The notes: generated by a model from the sequence alone, not told the origin. Positions 35,249 to 47,146 are shown, counted from the first letter of the stretch. The stretch is 64,000 nucleotides of DNA from a virus (IMGVR_UViG_3300032216_001431:1-64000), one strand, 5' to 3'. Numbers and translations: made by a program.

Positions 35249-35893
35249 ATGAATACATCAGGGTCAAGAGAACAAAAAGCATCAAATTCACACCATCAAC
35301 CTATAACTATTTATCAAGATGATCATAGGAATACTCATGATTTTTTATCAAAACATCCCGGCACCGTAGTCCTTCCTTCTAAAACTCCAAAAAAAACAAA
35401 ACCCCCTCATCATCAACATCCTGCAAAAAAACACGATCCAAAATCAAAAACAAGAGTTATTCACCCATCTACTAGGACAAATTCTCCATCTCATCCAGCA
35501 CAAAATCAAACCTCTATACATACAGTTGATAGTGATGAGAGTAATGAATTAGAGGATATGAGGTATGATACTGAAAGTGATAATGAAAGTCATACTTCAT
35601 ATGATAGTGAAGTTCAAAATTCTTTTACATTTCATGAGATGACAGCGGAACATTATGATCCAGAACAAGATTATCTGACTCAACCGGAAACTGAAAGAAT
35701 AGAAGTTCGTCCCGGGGCTACTAATACTTTAGAGACAAACGCACCACCGATAGACGATATCGTTGTTGATCCAAACTCTTTTGTTCTGCAAACAGACGCT
35801 GAAGATGGAAGTGTAACCTTTAAAGCCAGTGTGATCTTTGGGGGAGAATATAATTTAGATGATTACGAAGTTATAGTCACTCATATAGGTTAA
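35249..35893 (+). CDS. His/Pro/Lys-rich then acidic protein in tail module
   Basis: ORF track; GGAGG SD. Confidence 0.65.
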   Translation: MNTSGSREQKASNSHHQPITIYQDDHRNTHDFLSKHPGTVVLPSKTPKKTKPPHHQHPAKKHDPKSKTRVIHPSTRTNSPSHPAQNQTSIHTVDSDESNELEDMRYDTESDNESHTSYDSEVQNSFTFHEMTAEHYDPEQDYLTQPETERIEVRPGATNTLETNAPPIDDIVVDPNSFVLQTDAEDGSVTFKASVIFGGEYNLDDYEVIVTHIG

Positions 35894-35938
35894 GCAAGGA
35901 ATGATATAATTATAGTAATCAAATATTAGGATAAGTAT

Positions 35939-36847
35939 ATGAATTTAACTGGGACGTATCGAGTTACCTCGTCTGGCTTTTTAATTGGTGAATACCAGAA
36001 CATGATAACCACAAATGGTTTATTGGCAATTAATCAATATCTTGCAGGTCTTATTCCTAGTTGGGCTGGTTCCATTGCTGTCGGTAGTTTGGTTACAAAC
36101 AATACAGATCCATCTACAACTGAACTTGATTATGAATTAAAAAGATATCCAGTAACACTTAAGTCTTATAGAACGGTATCAAGTTCTGTTCATCAAATTT
36201 CTTTAAAAGCAACAATTGATCCAGAATCAACATTTAAAATTTATGAATTGGGTGTTTTTCCAGCAGTAATTAATGATGCAACAAACACGAATCATTATCC
36301 ATTTTCAGATTTTTCAGAAAAATTGAGTGGTTCTAGTGCATGGTATATTTCTGGTATTCCAGCAACAACATCCCTTGTTGCGAGAGCGGGAATTTCTTCA
36401 GTAACACTTACCACTCCTTCAACTGCAAGCAGTACAGTTAACATAAATACTACAAACTATACAGAAATAGACTCATTAAAAATTTTATTTTATCCAAACA
36501 ATGCAATTTCTTCTGGTTCTTTTACTGTAACACTAGGTGATGATGCCTTAGTAACAAATTATTGGACAGCATCTGGATCATTTTTGTCAGCAGCATCTGG
36601 TGTCTATACCAGTGCAAGCCTTGGATTTGTTTCAAAACCCTCATCTTTTTCAAATTCTGTGAGTTCTGCTTCAATAAATTATACAGGAACCGGATCGATC
36701 CTCCTTGACTATATTAAATGGGTGACTGGAGATATAAAAACAACAGATTTTAAATTAGTTAGTAGAACAACATCTTCAGCCACACCATTGTTTACAAAAA
36801 CATACGGACAACCTATGGAAATTGAGTATTACGTTGAGGTTACATAA
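35939..36847 (+). CDS. minor tail / baseplate protein
   Basis: N.ITTNG...YLAG, IYELG.F motifs; TGATATAAT at 35902-35910. Confidence 0.7.
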   Translation: MNLTGTYRVTSSGFLIGEYQNMITTNGLLAINQYLAGLIPSWAGSIAVGSLVTNNTDPSTTELDYELKRYPVTLKSYRTVSSSVHQISLKATIDPESTFKIYELGVFPAVINDATNTNHYPFSDFSEKLSGSSAWYISGIPATTSLVARAGISSVTLTTPSTASSTVNINTTNYTEIDSLKILFYPNNAISSGSFTVTLGDDALVTNYWTASGSFLSAASGVYTSASLGFVSKPSSFSNSVSSASINYTGTGSILLDYIKWVTGDIKTTDFKLVSRTTSSATPLFTKTYGQPMEIEYYVEVT

Positions 36848-39800
36848 TGACTAATTCAAAGGACATTTTTAAACTTCAACCGGGTGCCACATATGCTGTT
36901 AAAATTGTTCCAAAAGGTGCTGCGACAGGAGATCCTAGCACGGTAAACTCGTTTGCCACAACCTTTACTGTTCCTACAACTAATCCTGATGGAACTACTA
37001 TTAATGCTGTCAACTCTACGGTCATTCAGCAATTAATTGGTGGTCAAATAATTTTAGGTGATCCTTTAGTTGGTTCTGTACCAGAATCAGGCCCATATGT
37101 TTTCCTATCTAAAGATGGCATTCAAGTTGGCTCAGGGGATGCTATAACATTTTTTCTTTCTTCAGGATCTGGTCAATCTCGATTATCGGGTTTTAATGTT
37201 CAGCAAACTGGTTTAGTTGTTCCAACAACATTTACTGCATCAAATGTAAATTTAATTAGTAATACTGCAAATTATTCTCTTACTTTAAAACCTTCATATA
37301 CAGGTTCTGTTTCACAAGGAATGTATGTTTCAAGTAGCCCATCTAGAATACAATCAAATACTTATGTGAGATCTTTTAGGTCTGCTTCCGGTGCTGGTGG
37401 GGCGAGTGTTGTTGTTTATTTATCTTCATCAGTTACTTCAACAGGAATTAGCAATGTAACTTTTCGCGCACAAGATGCAAGCATAAAAATTGGTACAAGT
37501 TCTGCTAATGCTATTACAATTCAAGGACCAAACGCAGGCGGCATTTTTGATGTACCTGCTAAAATATTTACAACTTTAGATGGAATATCAACTACTGCAA
37601 GTTCTGGTGCAGGTTTCTATATAGATGAAAATGGAAATTTTAGGGTTGCTGGGTCAACGGGAGCAGTTACTGTAGATGGATCAGGAAACCTTTCAGTTTC
37701 AGGTTCTATTGTTGCAACTGCTGGAAACATTGGTGGACTTACCCTTGCGGCTGACAAGTTAAGTGCATCTTCACCGGGATCTTATGTTGGTGTTTCTGGA
37801 AGTGGAAATTATGCATTTTGGGCCGGTAGTGCAAATCCTGCTTTAGCACCATTCTCTGTAACGAATACGGGTATTGTCACAGCAAGTAATTTAGTTATAA
37901 CAAATAGTGTAACTGTGGGAAATCTTACTGGATCGTGGTCTGGTATTACCCCAAGTTCTTCAATGGCAATATTCGCAGGGGCGACAGCAAGCACTGGGGC
38001 AGGAGCCAGATTTTGGGTAACCAATACTGGTAGCGTTTTTTCAACAGGTGGAGCATCTTTTCAAGGACCAATATTTAGTAGTGGAAGTTTAACTGGAACA
38101 TCGTTGGCAGGAACTTCTACTAACAGCGGGAGCCTTGTAGGTGGAGCAATATATGTTCCATCTATTGGAGCAGCAAAATTTTATGTAGATTCTAGCGGCA
38201 ACATGACAGCATCTAATGCCTATCTTACGGGGTCTATTGTTTCTACTTCTGGAAGCATTGGTGGTTGGTTAATTAATACTGGTTCTCTTACTTCTGGTAC
38301 TGGTGCTAGTGCTGTTGGTTTGAGTACGGGTAATTATGCAATCTATGCCGGTAGCGCAGTGCCTTCAAATGCTCCGTTCAGCGTAACAAATACTGGTAAC
38401 CTTTATGCTCAAAATGCTAATATTACGGGAACAATTTCCTCCACGATTGGAAACATTGGTGGTATTTATATTAATTCAGATTCTATATCTGCTGCTAGTT
38501 CTTCAATATATACATCACAAATTTTAAGTGCTAGTCCATCAGTATTTTTACAATTTGAGACTAATCCCCCTATTGATTCTTCCAGTAACAATTATCCAAC
38601 AATTATTGGTGGAACGGGTATTCTTTATCCTACTGCTGGATTTAATGGAACTGGAAGAACACTATACTCACCAACCAATGCTGCCTATACACAGATTACA
38701 AATGGAAATTATGCTGGTGCCTCTGCCAATGTTTCAGTAGAATTTTGGATAAGTGGCTCTAATACTATCTCTTACAATGGAGTTGTAGGTAAAACAGCAA
38801 ATCTTTTAACTAATGGTGGCTGGGGAATTCAAGTTGGTGCGCTTAATAATGATAAGTATATTTATTTAAGAATAGATACTGATGCGGCTGCTAACCAAAC
38901 AGGACTTTCTATTCCAGTATTTAATGATAATAAATGGCATCATGTTGTTTATGCAATTGGAAGTGGTACAGCATCAGCATTCTTAGATGGGGCTTTCTAT
39001 CCAGTTGGTGCGAGCGGGTATCTCCCCTTTTCCTTGGGTGCAAGTGGTATTTCTTCAACTGCCGCATTAACTATATATAACTCTATTAGTTCTGGATATA
39101 AAGATCAAGTTGCAATTTACAATAGACTGCTTACGCCAACAGAAATTTTAAATAATTATAATGCTGGTCTGGCAGCCAGAGGTTTTAGCATATTCAATAA
39201 TGGACAAGTAAACATAAATAATGCTAATGTTTCTGGAAATATAAATGCAACATCTGGGTCTATTGGTGGATTTAGTATTAATGGAAGCACCCTGTATGGA
39301 GGAACATCAGGTTCTATAGTTGGTTTAAACCCAACTAGTGGATCTTCAGTAATTTTCGCGGGTGCAACTTCAAGTGCAGGCACAGGAGCGACGTTCTGGG
39401 TTTCAGGAAATGGTAATGTTTATTCTACAGGTGGAGCATCATTTACTGGACCTATTTTTTCAGCCGCATCTGTTATTTCACCAATAATTTCTGGATCAAT
39501 TATTGCAAGTAGCGGTAGTATTATCGGACCTGCAATTTTTGTACCAAATACTGCTAGTCCAACTTTTAGAGTAGATTCTTCTGGAAACATGCTCGCATCA
39601 AGTGCTTCAATTAGCGGTTCAATAACTTCAACTGCCGGGAACATTGGTGGCTGGGCTATTACCTCTGGAAACCTTACGTCTGGGACGAGTGGTAGTACTG
39701 TTGGATTAACTACAGGATATTATGCTATTTATGCTGGTAGTGCTACTCCTGCAACTGCACCTTTCAGTGTTACAAATACTGGAAATCTTACAGCAACTAA

Positions 39801-42800
39801 TGCAATTATATCTGGAAGTATTAGTGCTGCGTCTGGTACTATTGGTGGATTCAGTATCGCTTCTTCATCTTTAACTGCAACAAATATTTCTTTAACTTCT
39901 AATAACGGAATAGCATTAGGTACACTAGCATCTCCAGCATTTACAGTAAATACTTTAGGGCAGTTAACAGCAACAAATGCAACAATTACGGGTGCAATTA
40001 ACGCAAACTCAGGATCAATTAATGGAATATTAAATATTTCTTCTTCTGGCAAGTTAATAGCAGGATCACTTAGTAATAATTTTGTTACAGTGTCTGGCGC
40101 GGGAATAACTGGGGCAAGTGCTGGCATTCCAGTATTTACATTACCTACAGATGGAAGTCCACCAACAATTGGTCAGTTTAAAATAGTTCAAACTGGTCTG
40201 CAAGGATTGGGTCAAGTAAATGCAACAGGTGCTTCAACAACTCTTTCTTCTTCTATCGTATTATTTCCACCAACAGTTGCAAGTACTCTATGGGCTGGGA
40301 TGTCCTTGTATGGAGGCGGCATTGTTCCAAATTCTGTTATCACCACTATAGCGGGAGCAAGCGTTTACGTTTCACTTTCTGCAAGTGCTACTACTAATAA
40401 TTTCACGGCATCTGGAATTCCTAATGCAAATATGGTAGTTGGAACTGATTTAAGTAATAATATAACTATTCGTGGGCAAAATGCTCCCGGCGTACCGGGA
40501 GCAATCTTTACTACAATTGCCGGTAACTCTACGACAAACAGTACTGGTAACGGTTTTTATCTTGATAATACTGGAGCCATGAATGTTGGTGGAGCATTAA
40601 TTTGGAATCCATCAACATCTCTTCTAACAGTTAAGGGTTCTGGATCTTTTACGGGGTCTGTTGTTGCTTCAATTGGTAATATCGGCGGCTGGAACATTAG
40701 TAGTAGTTCAATTTCAAGTGGATCAATAAACCTTGTGAGTGGTGCTGCGCCAAAGATTTACATTGGTTCTGGTCTTTACAGTTCATCAACTACCCCATTC
40801 TATGTTGATAGTAGTGGAAGTTTGAGCATTGGTAATAAACTTACATGGAATGGTTCTAGGCTTTTACTAGGAGATCAAACGGGTGGTGCTGTCGGTTTCC
40901 AAGCACCGGCTAATCCTTCTGCTAGTGATATTGCAATTTATGCTGGAGCATCGTCATTGACGGGTGCCTCTGCTGCACCATTTAGGGTAACTTATGATGG
41001 AAAAGTTTATGCAACTGGAGCATCTATTTCTGGACAAGTAATTGCAACTTCTGGACAAATTGGTTCTAATTCCCAATATTGGTATATTGGTAATGGATTT
41101 GATAATTATGGAGCAATTCAAAACTTTCCTTTGAGTTCTTCTGTCGTTTCTGTTCCCGTAAATGCGGGATATCAAGACATTTATTCAGATACTTATAACC
41201 AAGAGCCTCAATCATCCATTCAAATACATTCTAGTGGAAAAATTTATATTAAAAATTCTAATCAAAAAGGTGTAATTTTTGATGTAAATAATACAAATCA
41301 AACAGTTTGGTGGGGCAGTGGTACAGAAACAATAAATGATTTTGACATATCTCAAAACAATCCTACTGTACCATTTTTTATAAATGCTTCTGGAACAATT
41401 TATTCTAGGGATTTAAATAGCAATACGTTAGAAACAAATAACATTACAACAAACAATATTATTTCTGATAGTTTTCAACAAAATTTAAATTCTGTAACTG
41501 GTACCTTTGGAGTATCTTCAATAATTTCAGATGGTCTTGGTAATGTTACTTATTATATTAATGATAATTTATCTCTTAAAGAGTTGGGTCTTTTAATTGG
41601 AGAGAATCTTTATATATATAATTCAGGTTCCACTTTATATGATATTACAATCGCAGGTACTCCAATTCAATTGTTTAATTATTATGAGTCTGGAAATACT
41701 AAATATATTTCAATATTTAATTCAAATGCGGTTGGCACAGTAGAAACCTATACTCCACAAGCAACTTGTTATGGGATCACAGATCAACTAATTGTTACTC
41801 CTAATGTTGACGGCACGTTTGATATTAGTGCTAAACCTAACATTCAAGTATCCCTTGATGGATCTGTTCCTAAAGGAATGCAATCAACTGATATATATTT
41901 GGATTTAACAAAATATGGTCCATATCCATCATTTAATAGGTTTATATCAACGCAGGCTTACTATGCCGTTACTGGTTCTGCGGCAGGGGTTCCGTATTCT
42001 CCAATTTCAAATCTTTCATCCGTTTATATAGATATTCCAATAGATGGAGTTCTTAAAGTAACATTCGATGGTATTGCTAGAAATCCAACGTCAGGGTTTA
42101 ATCCACAAATAATTGGATATATAGTTGCTTCTATAGTTCCAGATGTTTTTACTGGAAGTTTTAGTAATAATTCAAGTATTCTTTATACAGCATATGATTT
42201 AAGTAATACAGCAATATTAGGAACAAATTCAATTATTCAGTCCACTGCATTAAATAATATTACGACTTCAATTGTTTCAACAACATATGGACAACCACAA
42301 ATAGGAATAAACTTAATCCCCACAAAAAACATGAATTCGTCATCTACAATTTTTGCAACAACAATTAATAATTTAAATCAAGGTGTCGTATCTAATATGG
42401 CAATTAATTCTTCTAATATAACTGGATCAATTGGTTACATAAATAGCGTAACATCGGGGGCATCCGTCGCAGTTACAACAATAAATGTTTTAAGTTCCTC
42501 TGTTCTTGTATTAAATTACGCAACAAATACAGATTATAATAATGTTTTTCCCGGTATGATTATAAGGGATAATGCTGCTAACTTTTTTATGATTAAATCT
42601 ATTTCAAATTCTTTAAACTTTTTAAATAGTAGTGTTATCTATACACCTGCATCAACTTCATTTTATTCTCCATCTTCAGGTGCCGCCGCATCAGTATTAA
42701 ATGCAATTTCTTTAACTACAACAGCAAGTTCAAATACAGTTACTTCTGCTTCAATTTACAATACAATTAATATGCTGGGAACTGCGTCAACTCAAGGATT

Positions 42801-43113
42801 TTTTAGTGCATCTACAAGTTTTAGCGGTGTCTCAGATTTGACTCATCGTTCGTGGTGGTGGGCAATGCTCTCTGCCTCTAGTACTACTCCTACTGGCACT
42901 AACAACACAACGGGTGCAGATGTTCATGCACAAGAAATGTATAGTTTTACTAATGTGCCAAAAAATGGTAAAGTTACATTAAATATCGATACTTGGGCAG
43001 GATATTTTCCCGGTCCTGCTGCTGGTGGTGTATCCTCGGCAAGCATTGGGTATCCTGTTTACACTATAGAATTTTATCCATATTCACAATATAATGTTCA
43101 GACTTATGGTTAG
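36847..43113 (+). CDS. long tail fibre/spike with G.IGG[WF] beta repeats and an internal LamG domain
   Basis: Repeated APFSVTNTG.L.A.NA.I.G.I...G.IGG; SVEFWI...KWHHVV..DQVAIYNRLLT. Confidence 0.8.
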   Translation: MTNSKDIFKLQPGATYAVKIVPKGAATGDPSTVNSFATTFTVPTTNPDGTTINAVNSTVIQQLIGGQIILGDPLVGSVPESGPYVFLSKDGIQVGSGDAITFFLSSGSGQSRLSGFNVQQTGLVVPTTFTASNVNLISNTANYSLTLKPSYTGSVSQGMYVSSSPSRIQSNTYVRSFRSASGAGGASVVVYLSSSVTSTGISNVTFRAQDASIKIGTSSANAITIQGPNAGGIFDVPAKIFTTLDGISTTASSGAGFYIDENGNFRVAGSTGAVTVDGSGNLSVSGSIVATAGNIGGLTLAADKLSASSPGSYVGVSGSGNYAFWAGSANPALAPFSVTNTGIVTASNLVITNSVTVGNLTGSWSGITPSSSMAIFAGATASTGAGARFWVTNTGSVFSTGGASFQGPIFSSGSLTGTSLAGTSTNSGSLVGGAIYVPSIGAAKFYVDSSGNMTASNAYLTGSIVSTSGSIGGWLINTGSLTSGTGASAVGLSTGNYAIYAGSAVPSNAPFSVTNTGNLYAQNANITGTISSTIGNIGGIYINSDSISAASSSIYTSQILSASPSVFLQFETNPPIDSSSNNYPTIIGGTGILYPTAGFNGTGRTLYSPTNAAYTQITNGNYAGASANVSVEFWISGSNTISYNGVVGKTANLLTNGGWGIQVGALNNDKYIYLRIDTDAAANQTGLSIPVFNDNKWHHVVYAIGSGTASAFLDGAFYPVGASGYLPFSLGASGISSTAALTIYNSISSGYKDQVAIYNRLLTPTEILNNYNAGLAARGFSIFNNGQVNINNANVSGNINATSGSIGGFSINGSTLYGGTSGSIVGLNPTSGSSVIFAGATSSAGTGATFWVSGNGNVYSTGGASFTGPIFSAASVISPIISGSIIASSGSIIGPAIFVPNTASPTFRVDSSGNMLASSASISGSITSTAGNIGGWAITSGNLTSGTSGSTVGLTTGYYAIYAGSATPATAPFSVTNTGNLTATNAIISGSISAASGTIGGFSIASSSLTATNISLTSNNGIALGTLASPAFTVNTLGQLTATNATITGAINANSGSINGILNISSSGKLIAGSLSNNFVTVSGAGITGASAGIPVFTLPTDGSPPTIGQFKIVQTGLQGLGQVNATGASTTLSSSIVLFPPTVASTLWAGMSLYGGGIVPNSVITTIAGASVYVSLSASATTNNFTASGIPNANMVVGTDLSNNITIRGQNAPGVPGAIFTTIAGNSTTNSTGNGFYLDNTGAMNVGGALIWNPSTSLLTVKGSGSFTGSVVASIGNIGGWNISSSSISSGSINLVSGAAPKIYIGSGLYSSSTTPFYVDSSGSLSIGNKLTWNGSRLLLGDQTGGAVGFQAPANPSASDIAIYAGASSLTGASAAPFRVTYDGKVYATGASISGQVIATSGQIGSNSQYWYIGNGFDNYGAIQNFPLSSSVVSVPVNAGYQDIYSDTYNQEPQSSIQIHSSGKIYIKNSNQKGVIFDVNNTNQTVWWGSGTETINDFDISQNNPTVPFFINASGTIYSRDLNSNTLETNNITTNNIISDSFQQNLNSVTGTFGVSSIISDGLGNVTYYINDNLSLKELGLLIGENLYIYNSGSTLYDITIAGTPIQLFNYYESGNTKYISIFNSNAVGTVETYTPQATCYGITDQLIVTPNVDGTFDISAKPNIQVSLDGSVPKGMQSTDIYLDLTKYGPYPSFNRFISTQAYYAVTGSAAGVPYSPISNLSSVYIDIPIDGVLKVTFDGIARNPTSGFNPQIIGYIVASIVPDVFTGSFSNNSSILYTAYDLSNTAILGTNSIIQSTALNNITTSIVSTTYGQPQIGINLIPTKNMNSSSTIFATTINNLNQGVVSNMAINSSNITGSIGYINSVTSGASVAVTTINVLSSSVLVLNYATNTDYNNVFPGMIIRDNAANFFMIKSISNSLNFLNSSVIYTPASTSFYSPSSGAAASVLNAISLTTTASSNTVTSASIYNTINMLGTASTQGFFSASTSFSGVSDLTHRSWWWAMLSASSTTPTGTNNTTGADVHAQEMYSFTNVPKNGKVTLNIDTWAGYFPGPAAGGVSSASIGYPVYTIEFYPYSQYNVQTYG

Positions 43114-43122
43114 GAGTTAATA

Positions 43123-44169
43123 ATGCCAGATTATGTTTATATTTTTAATGGACAAAAATATACTGCAAATGCTATAAACATTAACAGTTATCAGAATATA
43201 GGTACCCTGACAACTGTAACTTTAGCAAATTTATCACAAGTTAATTACAATACATCTTTTACCCTCACCGCTACAATAAATTCAACCACTACAGTAGCAG
43301 CAGGTGGAACTTTAACGCTTCAAAAACTTTCGGGCACATCATGGGTAACTGTTGCAACATCAACACTCTCTTTTGCGGGAGGTAGTACGCCTTGGTCAAG
43401 TACAGCATCATTTACGGGGTTAAAACAAACTACTGTAACAACTTATAGGGTTTTATATGGTGGTGATTCTAGTTATAGAAATGCTACTTCTAATAGCGTT
43501 ACGGTAAAATGTTGGGGTTCAAAAACAACAACTAAAACTTTTTCATGTTATGCAGCCAGAAGTCATTATAATGTGGGATCAAATACCTATAGCAGCCTTA
43601 TTCGATCAGGAACAGACCTGTATCAGGGGTACGAATCTTCTTATGGTAAAGAGGTTAGTCAAGTACTTTTTGATAACGGTAGCGCAGTTCCATATTACCT
43701 TAACGCAGAAGGTGGGGGAGGAAGCACTTCTACTATTTTAGGTTATTTTAATAGTTTAAGTAAGGTAACAATATCAAAAGTTGAATTATATTTAAATTGT
43801 AAGTCTTGGTCAGTATCAAGTGGGGGCACAGCATACATTTTTCCAGATGGGTCGTACATTCTACAACCATCCGGTGGGATAGATTTTACTTATTATTCAG
43901 GAGTTGCAACGGCTACCTCAGCCTCTTGGTCAACTGTTTCTGGTGCAAAATGGATTGATATATCTTCCTTAACTTATTACGGTTTTCCTGCTATTGGATT
44001 GTGGGACTTCAATAATGGGGGGCAACAGTCTCTTTGGAGTTTTACCAATGGCATCAATCTTGCAAGAAATAGTACTTCCAATATTTATGCTGGGCATTTT
44101 ACTGGAAATGATAATACTACTTCAGAGCCACAACTTAGATTTACTTTTACCTATTACACTTATCTTTAA
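43123..44169 (+). CDS. putative receptor-binding / Ig-like minor tail protein
   Basis: Ser/Thr-rich; Y.GD..Y..ATS Ig-like end; P.L.FT C-terminus. Confidence 0.6.
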   Translation: MPDYVYIFNGQKYTANAININSYQNIGTLTTVTLANLSQVNYNTSFTLTATINSTTTVAAGGTLTLQKLSGTSWVTVATSTLSFAGGSTPWSSTASFTGLKQTTVTTYRVLYGGDSSYRNATSNSVTVKCWGSKTTTKTFSCYAARSHYNVGSNTYSSLIRSGTDLYQGYESSYGKEVSQVLFDNGSAVPYYLNAEGGGGSTSTILGYFNSLSKVTISKVELYLNCKSWSVSSGGTAYIFPDGSYILQPSGGIDFTYYSGVATATSASWSTVSGAKWIDISSLTYYGFPAIGLWDFNNGGQQSLWSFTNGINLARNSTSNIYAGHFTGNDNTTSEPQLRFTFTYYTYL

Positions 44170-44207
44170 AATGTTGGTATAATAAAAGAAAAATATGCGG
44201 AGCAATT

Positions 44208-44564
44208 GTGAAAGAAGTTAATTATAATATTATTCAAGGGGACAGTTTTCAATTAGCCCTGACTTATACCGACTCTCTTGGTTCTCCGATTAATTTAACA
44301 GGTGCCTCAGCATATTTTGAGGTTAGAGATAAGCCGGGTGGTAGTATTTTGTCTGCTACTGCTTCTGGCGCTCCCGGCATTACAGGAGATGGTATTACGT
44401 TTACTGCCTCTGCTGGTTTAATAAATTTAAACATAAATCCTTCTAAGACTAAACTTTTTAATTATCCAAAATCTGCTTATCAGTTACAATTAACATCTTC
44501 TGGCGGGATTAAAACAACTCTCCTTCAAGGATGGTTCCTTGTTAATGCAGGGGTTATTAATTAA
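44208..44564 (+). CDS. minor tail protein (BppU-N-like adaptor)
   Basis: I.QGDSF...PINLTG...YQLQL...LLQG pattern; TGGTATAAT at 44175-44183. Confidence 0.65.
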   Translation: MKEVNYNIIQGDSFQLALTYTDSLGSPINLTGASAYFEVRDKPGGSILSATASGAPGITGDGITFTASAGLINLNINPSKTKLFNYPKSAYQLQLTSSGGIKTTLLQGWFLVNAGVIN

Positions 44565-44986
44565 TGACAAAAAACATTATAATAGAACAGACAAGTGTTC
44601 ATAATGTAGAAACAGAAAAAGTTGTCAATCAAGTTGTTATGGTTGAACATTCTAACATTCTTGCTGTTTCTGATGTTGGGGTTCAAGGTCCACCGGGTTC
44701 TACTGGTCCACAGGGTTCAACTGGGCCTCAAGGGGCAACAGGACCGCAAGGTCCAACTGGTCCACAGGGTCCGGTAGGAGATGCGACAGCAATATTAAGT
44801 TATAGGTTTGAGCAACAAAGTTTAGCAACAACATGGAATGTCACCCATAATCTTGGATATCGTCCAGCAGTAACAGTTCAGGATTATGGACAAAATACAA
44901 TAGAAGGGGATGTGCGACACACGTCAGTTAATAGTTTAACAATAACTTTTTCAACTGGACTTTCAGGGTACGCATATCTTTCATAG
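44564..44986 (+). CDS. collagen-like minor tail protein
   Basis: (G-x-y) run [31 protein letters not shown]; W.VTHNLG.RP. Confidence 0.85.
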   Translation: MTKNIIIEQTSVHNVETEKVVNQVVMVEHSNILAVSDVGVQGPPGSTGPQGSTGPQGATGPQGPTGPQGPVGDATAILSYRFEQQSLATTWNVTHNLGYRPAVTVQDYGQNTIEGDVRHTSVNSLTITFSTGLSGYAYLS

Positions 44987-44996
44987 GAGATAGTAA

Positions 44997-47144
44997 ATGG
45001 CTAAAAAGTTTCTAGTTAATATTGATTTGGGTGGGAATCAACTTTTAAATGCTTTAGCACACCCACAGTCAGGATCACCAACTGCTTATGGAAAAGGGCA
45101 GTTATGGTTCGATACAAGTAATAATCAGTTAAATGTTTACAATGGTACAACCTTCGTACCCTTGACCACTGGTGGAACTTCTGTTACATCTCTTAATGGT
45201 TATACAGGTGGCGTTACCCTTTATGGCACTGCAAGTCAAGTTACAGTAACAAATACTGGTACCGGATCGATTACTTTCTCCCTACCTTCTACAGTTTCTT
45301 TAACAACTGCATGTGCAACTAATTTTTACGGTGCATTTAATGGTACTGCTACAAACTCTACCCAATTAAATAATCAAAATGCTTCATACTACGCTCCAAT
45401 TGCTAGTCCAAACTTTACTACTGGAGCATCGGTAGCGGGTAATAGAATTATTACCATAGCGGATAAGTTTACTGCTGCAGGTGCCGCAGTGTCTTCATCA
45501 GAACTTGCTGGCGTTATGTCTGATGAGACAGGTACCGGAAACCTAGTATTTAATAATGCGCCGACGTTTGCTGGAACTGTAAATCTTGGAACATCTGTTG
45601 CTTCAGGTTCTGTAACAACAGCACTTAATTCAGCAAGTTTTGGTAGTCAGCCCATCTCGTACTTTGCCCCAATTACTAATCCTAATTTTACAACTGGTGC
45701 ATCTGTCGGTGGAAATAGAATTACAACTATTGCAGATAAATTTACTGCTCTCACTGCTGCAGTATCGTCATCTGAATTAGCCGGTATTATTTCTGATGAA
45801 ACTGGTACTGGCGCACTTGTATTTAATAACTCACCATCGTTTGTTACACCAAATATTGGTACTGCTACTGGTTCTGTAACATATGCAACAAATGCGGGGA
45901 ATGCTAACACAGTAACAAATGGTGTTTACACTACTGATACTGGAACAGTCACATCAACAATGATTTTGAACGGAACCATTCTTGATACTGATATTAATGC
46001 TGCTGCCGGGATTGCTGTAAGCAAATTATCAGCAAGTCAAGTAACTATTGGTTCAACAGCAATTGGTTTAGGAACTACTGCAAATTCAATTGTTGGTTTA
46101 ACAACTGCATGTGCGACAAATTTCTATGGAGCGTTTAGCGGGAATGCTACGACAGCGACAACTGCAACTAACCTTTCTGGCGGTACAGTCAATGCTACAA
46201 CAGGATCATTCTCAAGCACTCTTAATGTTACTGGCACATCAACTCTAGGAACAGCAAATACTGGTGCCTTAACAGCAACAACAGGATCTTTTTCAAGTAC
46301 TCTTAACGTCACAGGTACATCAACTTTAGGTGCAACAAATGTTGGTGCTTTAACCGCAACTAGTGGTACTATCGGTGGAAATACAATTGCTACAAGTGCA
46401 AATAATTTAGGATTTTTTGCAACGGGCGGGAATATAAATCCTGCGACCATAACAACAACAGGCGATGTAACTATTGGTGGGACACTCTACCTTTCAGGAT
46501 CTTCTACATATGTTTCAAGTAGTATTACAGTAATTCAAGATCCAATGATATACCTTGGTCATGATAATCCAACAAACATTTGGGATCTTGGTTTTGTTGC
46601 TTCATTTACTTCACCACAGTATCAACATACGGGCCTTGTCAGAGATCATAATCTTACAAACACATGGAGACTTTTTTCTGGTGCCGCTGAGCCTGCTAAT
46701 GCAAGCGTAAACTTTGCCGGTGCTAGTGTTATTCACGATACACTTGCATTGGGTTCATGGCAAGTTATGTCAGGTTCAGGAACTGGAACGGTAACCGCAT
46801 CTATCACAAATGCTGGTTTCTTAACTGCCCCAAGTGCCAACTTTACGAGTGCCCTACAATTTAATGGTGCAGCAGTAGCGACTCAAGCATACGTTGCTGC
46901 TAATGCTCCTGCAAAATATACTGGAACCATTACAGGAACGGGATCTCTAAACTCATTCACCATTACTCACAACCTTGGAACAAGAAATGTCATTGTTCAA
47001 GTTTATCAAACATCTGCTACTCCAGATACTCAGTATTCAGAAGTAGAAGTTGATATTGTGAGGACTAGCACTACAGCCGTTACCGTGAACTTTGCAAGTA
47101 ATGTTGCAAATGGCGACACTTATAACGTAATTGTTCTAGGGTAA
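44997..47144 (+). CDS. tail fibre protein
   Basis: Two SDETGTG.LVF repeats; C-terminal ITHNLGTR..IVQVY. Confidence 0.8.
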   Translation: MAKKFLVNIDLGGNQLLNALAHPQSGSPTAYGKGQLWFDTSNNQLNVYNGTTFVPLTTGGTSVTSLNGYTGGVTLYGTASQVTVTNTGTGSITFSLPSTVSLTTACATNFYGAFNGTATNSTQLNNQNASYYAPIASPNFTTGASVAGNRIITIADKFTAAGAAVSSSELAGVMSDETGTGNLVFNNAPTFAGTVNLGTSVASGSVTTALNSASFGSQPISYFAPITNPNFTTGASVGGNRITTIADKFTALTAAVSSSELAGIISDETGTGALVFNNSPSFVTPNIGTATGSVTYATNAGNANTVTNGVYTTDTGTVTSTMILNGTILDTDINAAAGIAVSKLSASQVTIGSTAIGLGTTANSIVGLTTACATNFYGAFSGNATTATTATNLSGGTVNATTGSFSSTLNVTGTSTLGTANTGALTATTGSFSSTLNVTGTSTLGATNVGALTATSGTIGGNTIATSANNLGFFATGGNINPATITTTGDVTIGGTLYLSGSSTYVSSSITVIQDPMIYLGHDNPTNIWDLGFVASFTSPQYQHTGLVRDHNLTNTWRLFSGAAEPANASVNFAGASVIHDTLALGSWQVMSGSGTGTVTASITNAGFLTAPSANFTSALQFNGAAVATQAYVAANAPAKYTGTITGTGSLNSFTITHNLGTRNVIVQVYQTSATPDTQYSEVEVDIVRTSTTAVTVNFASNVANGDTYNVIVLG

Positions 47145-47146
47145 CA

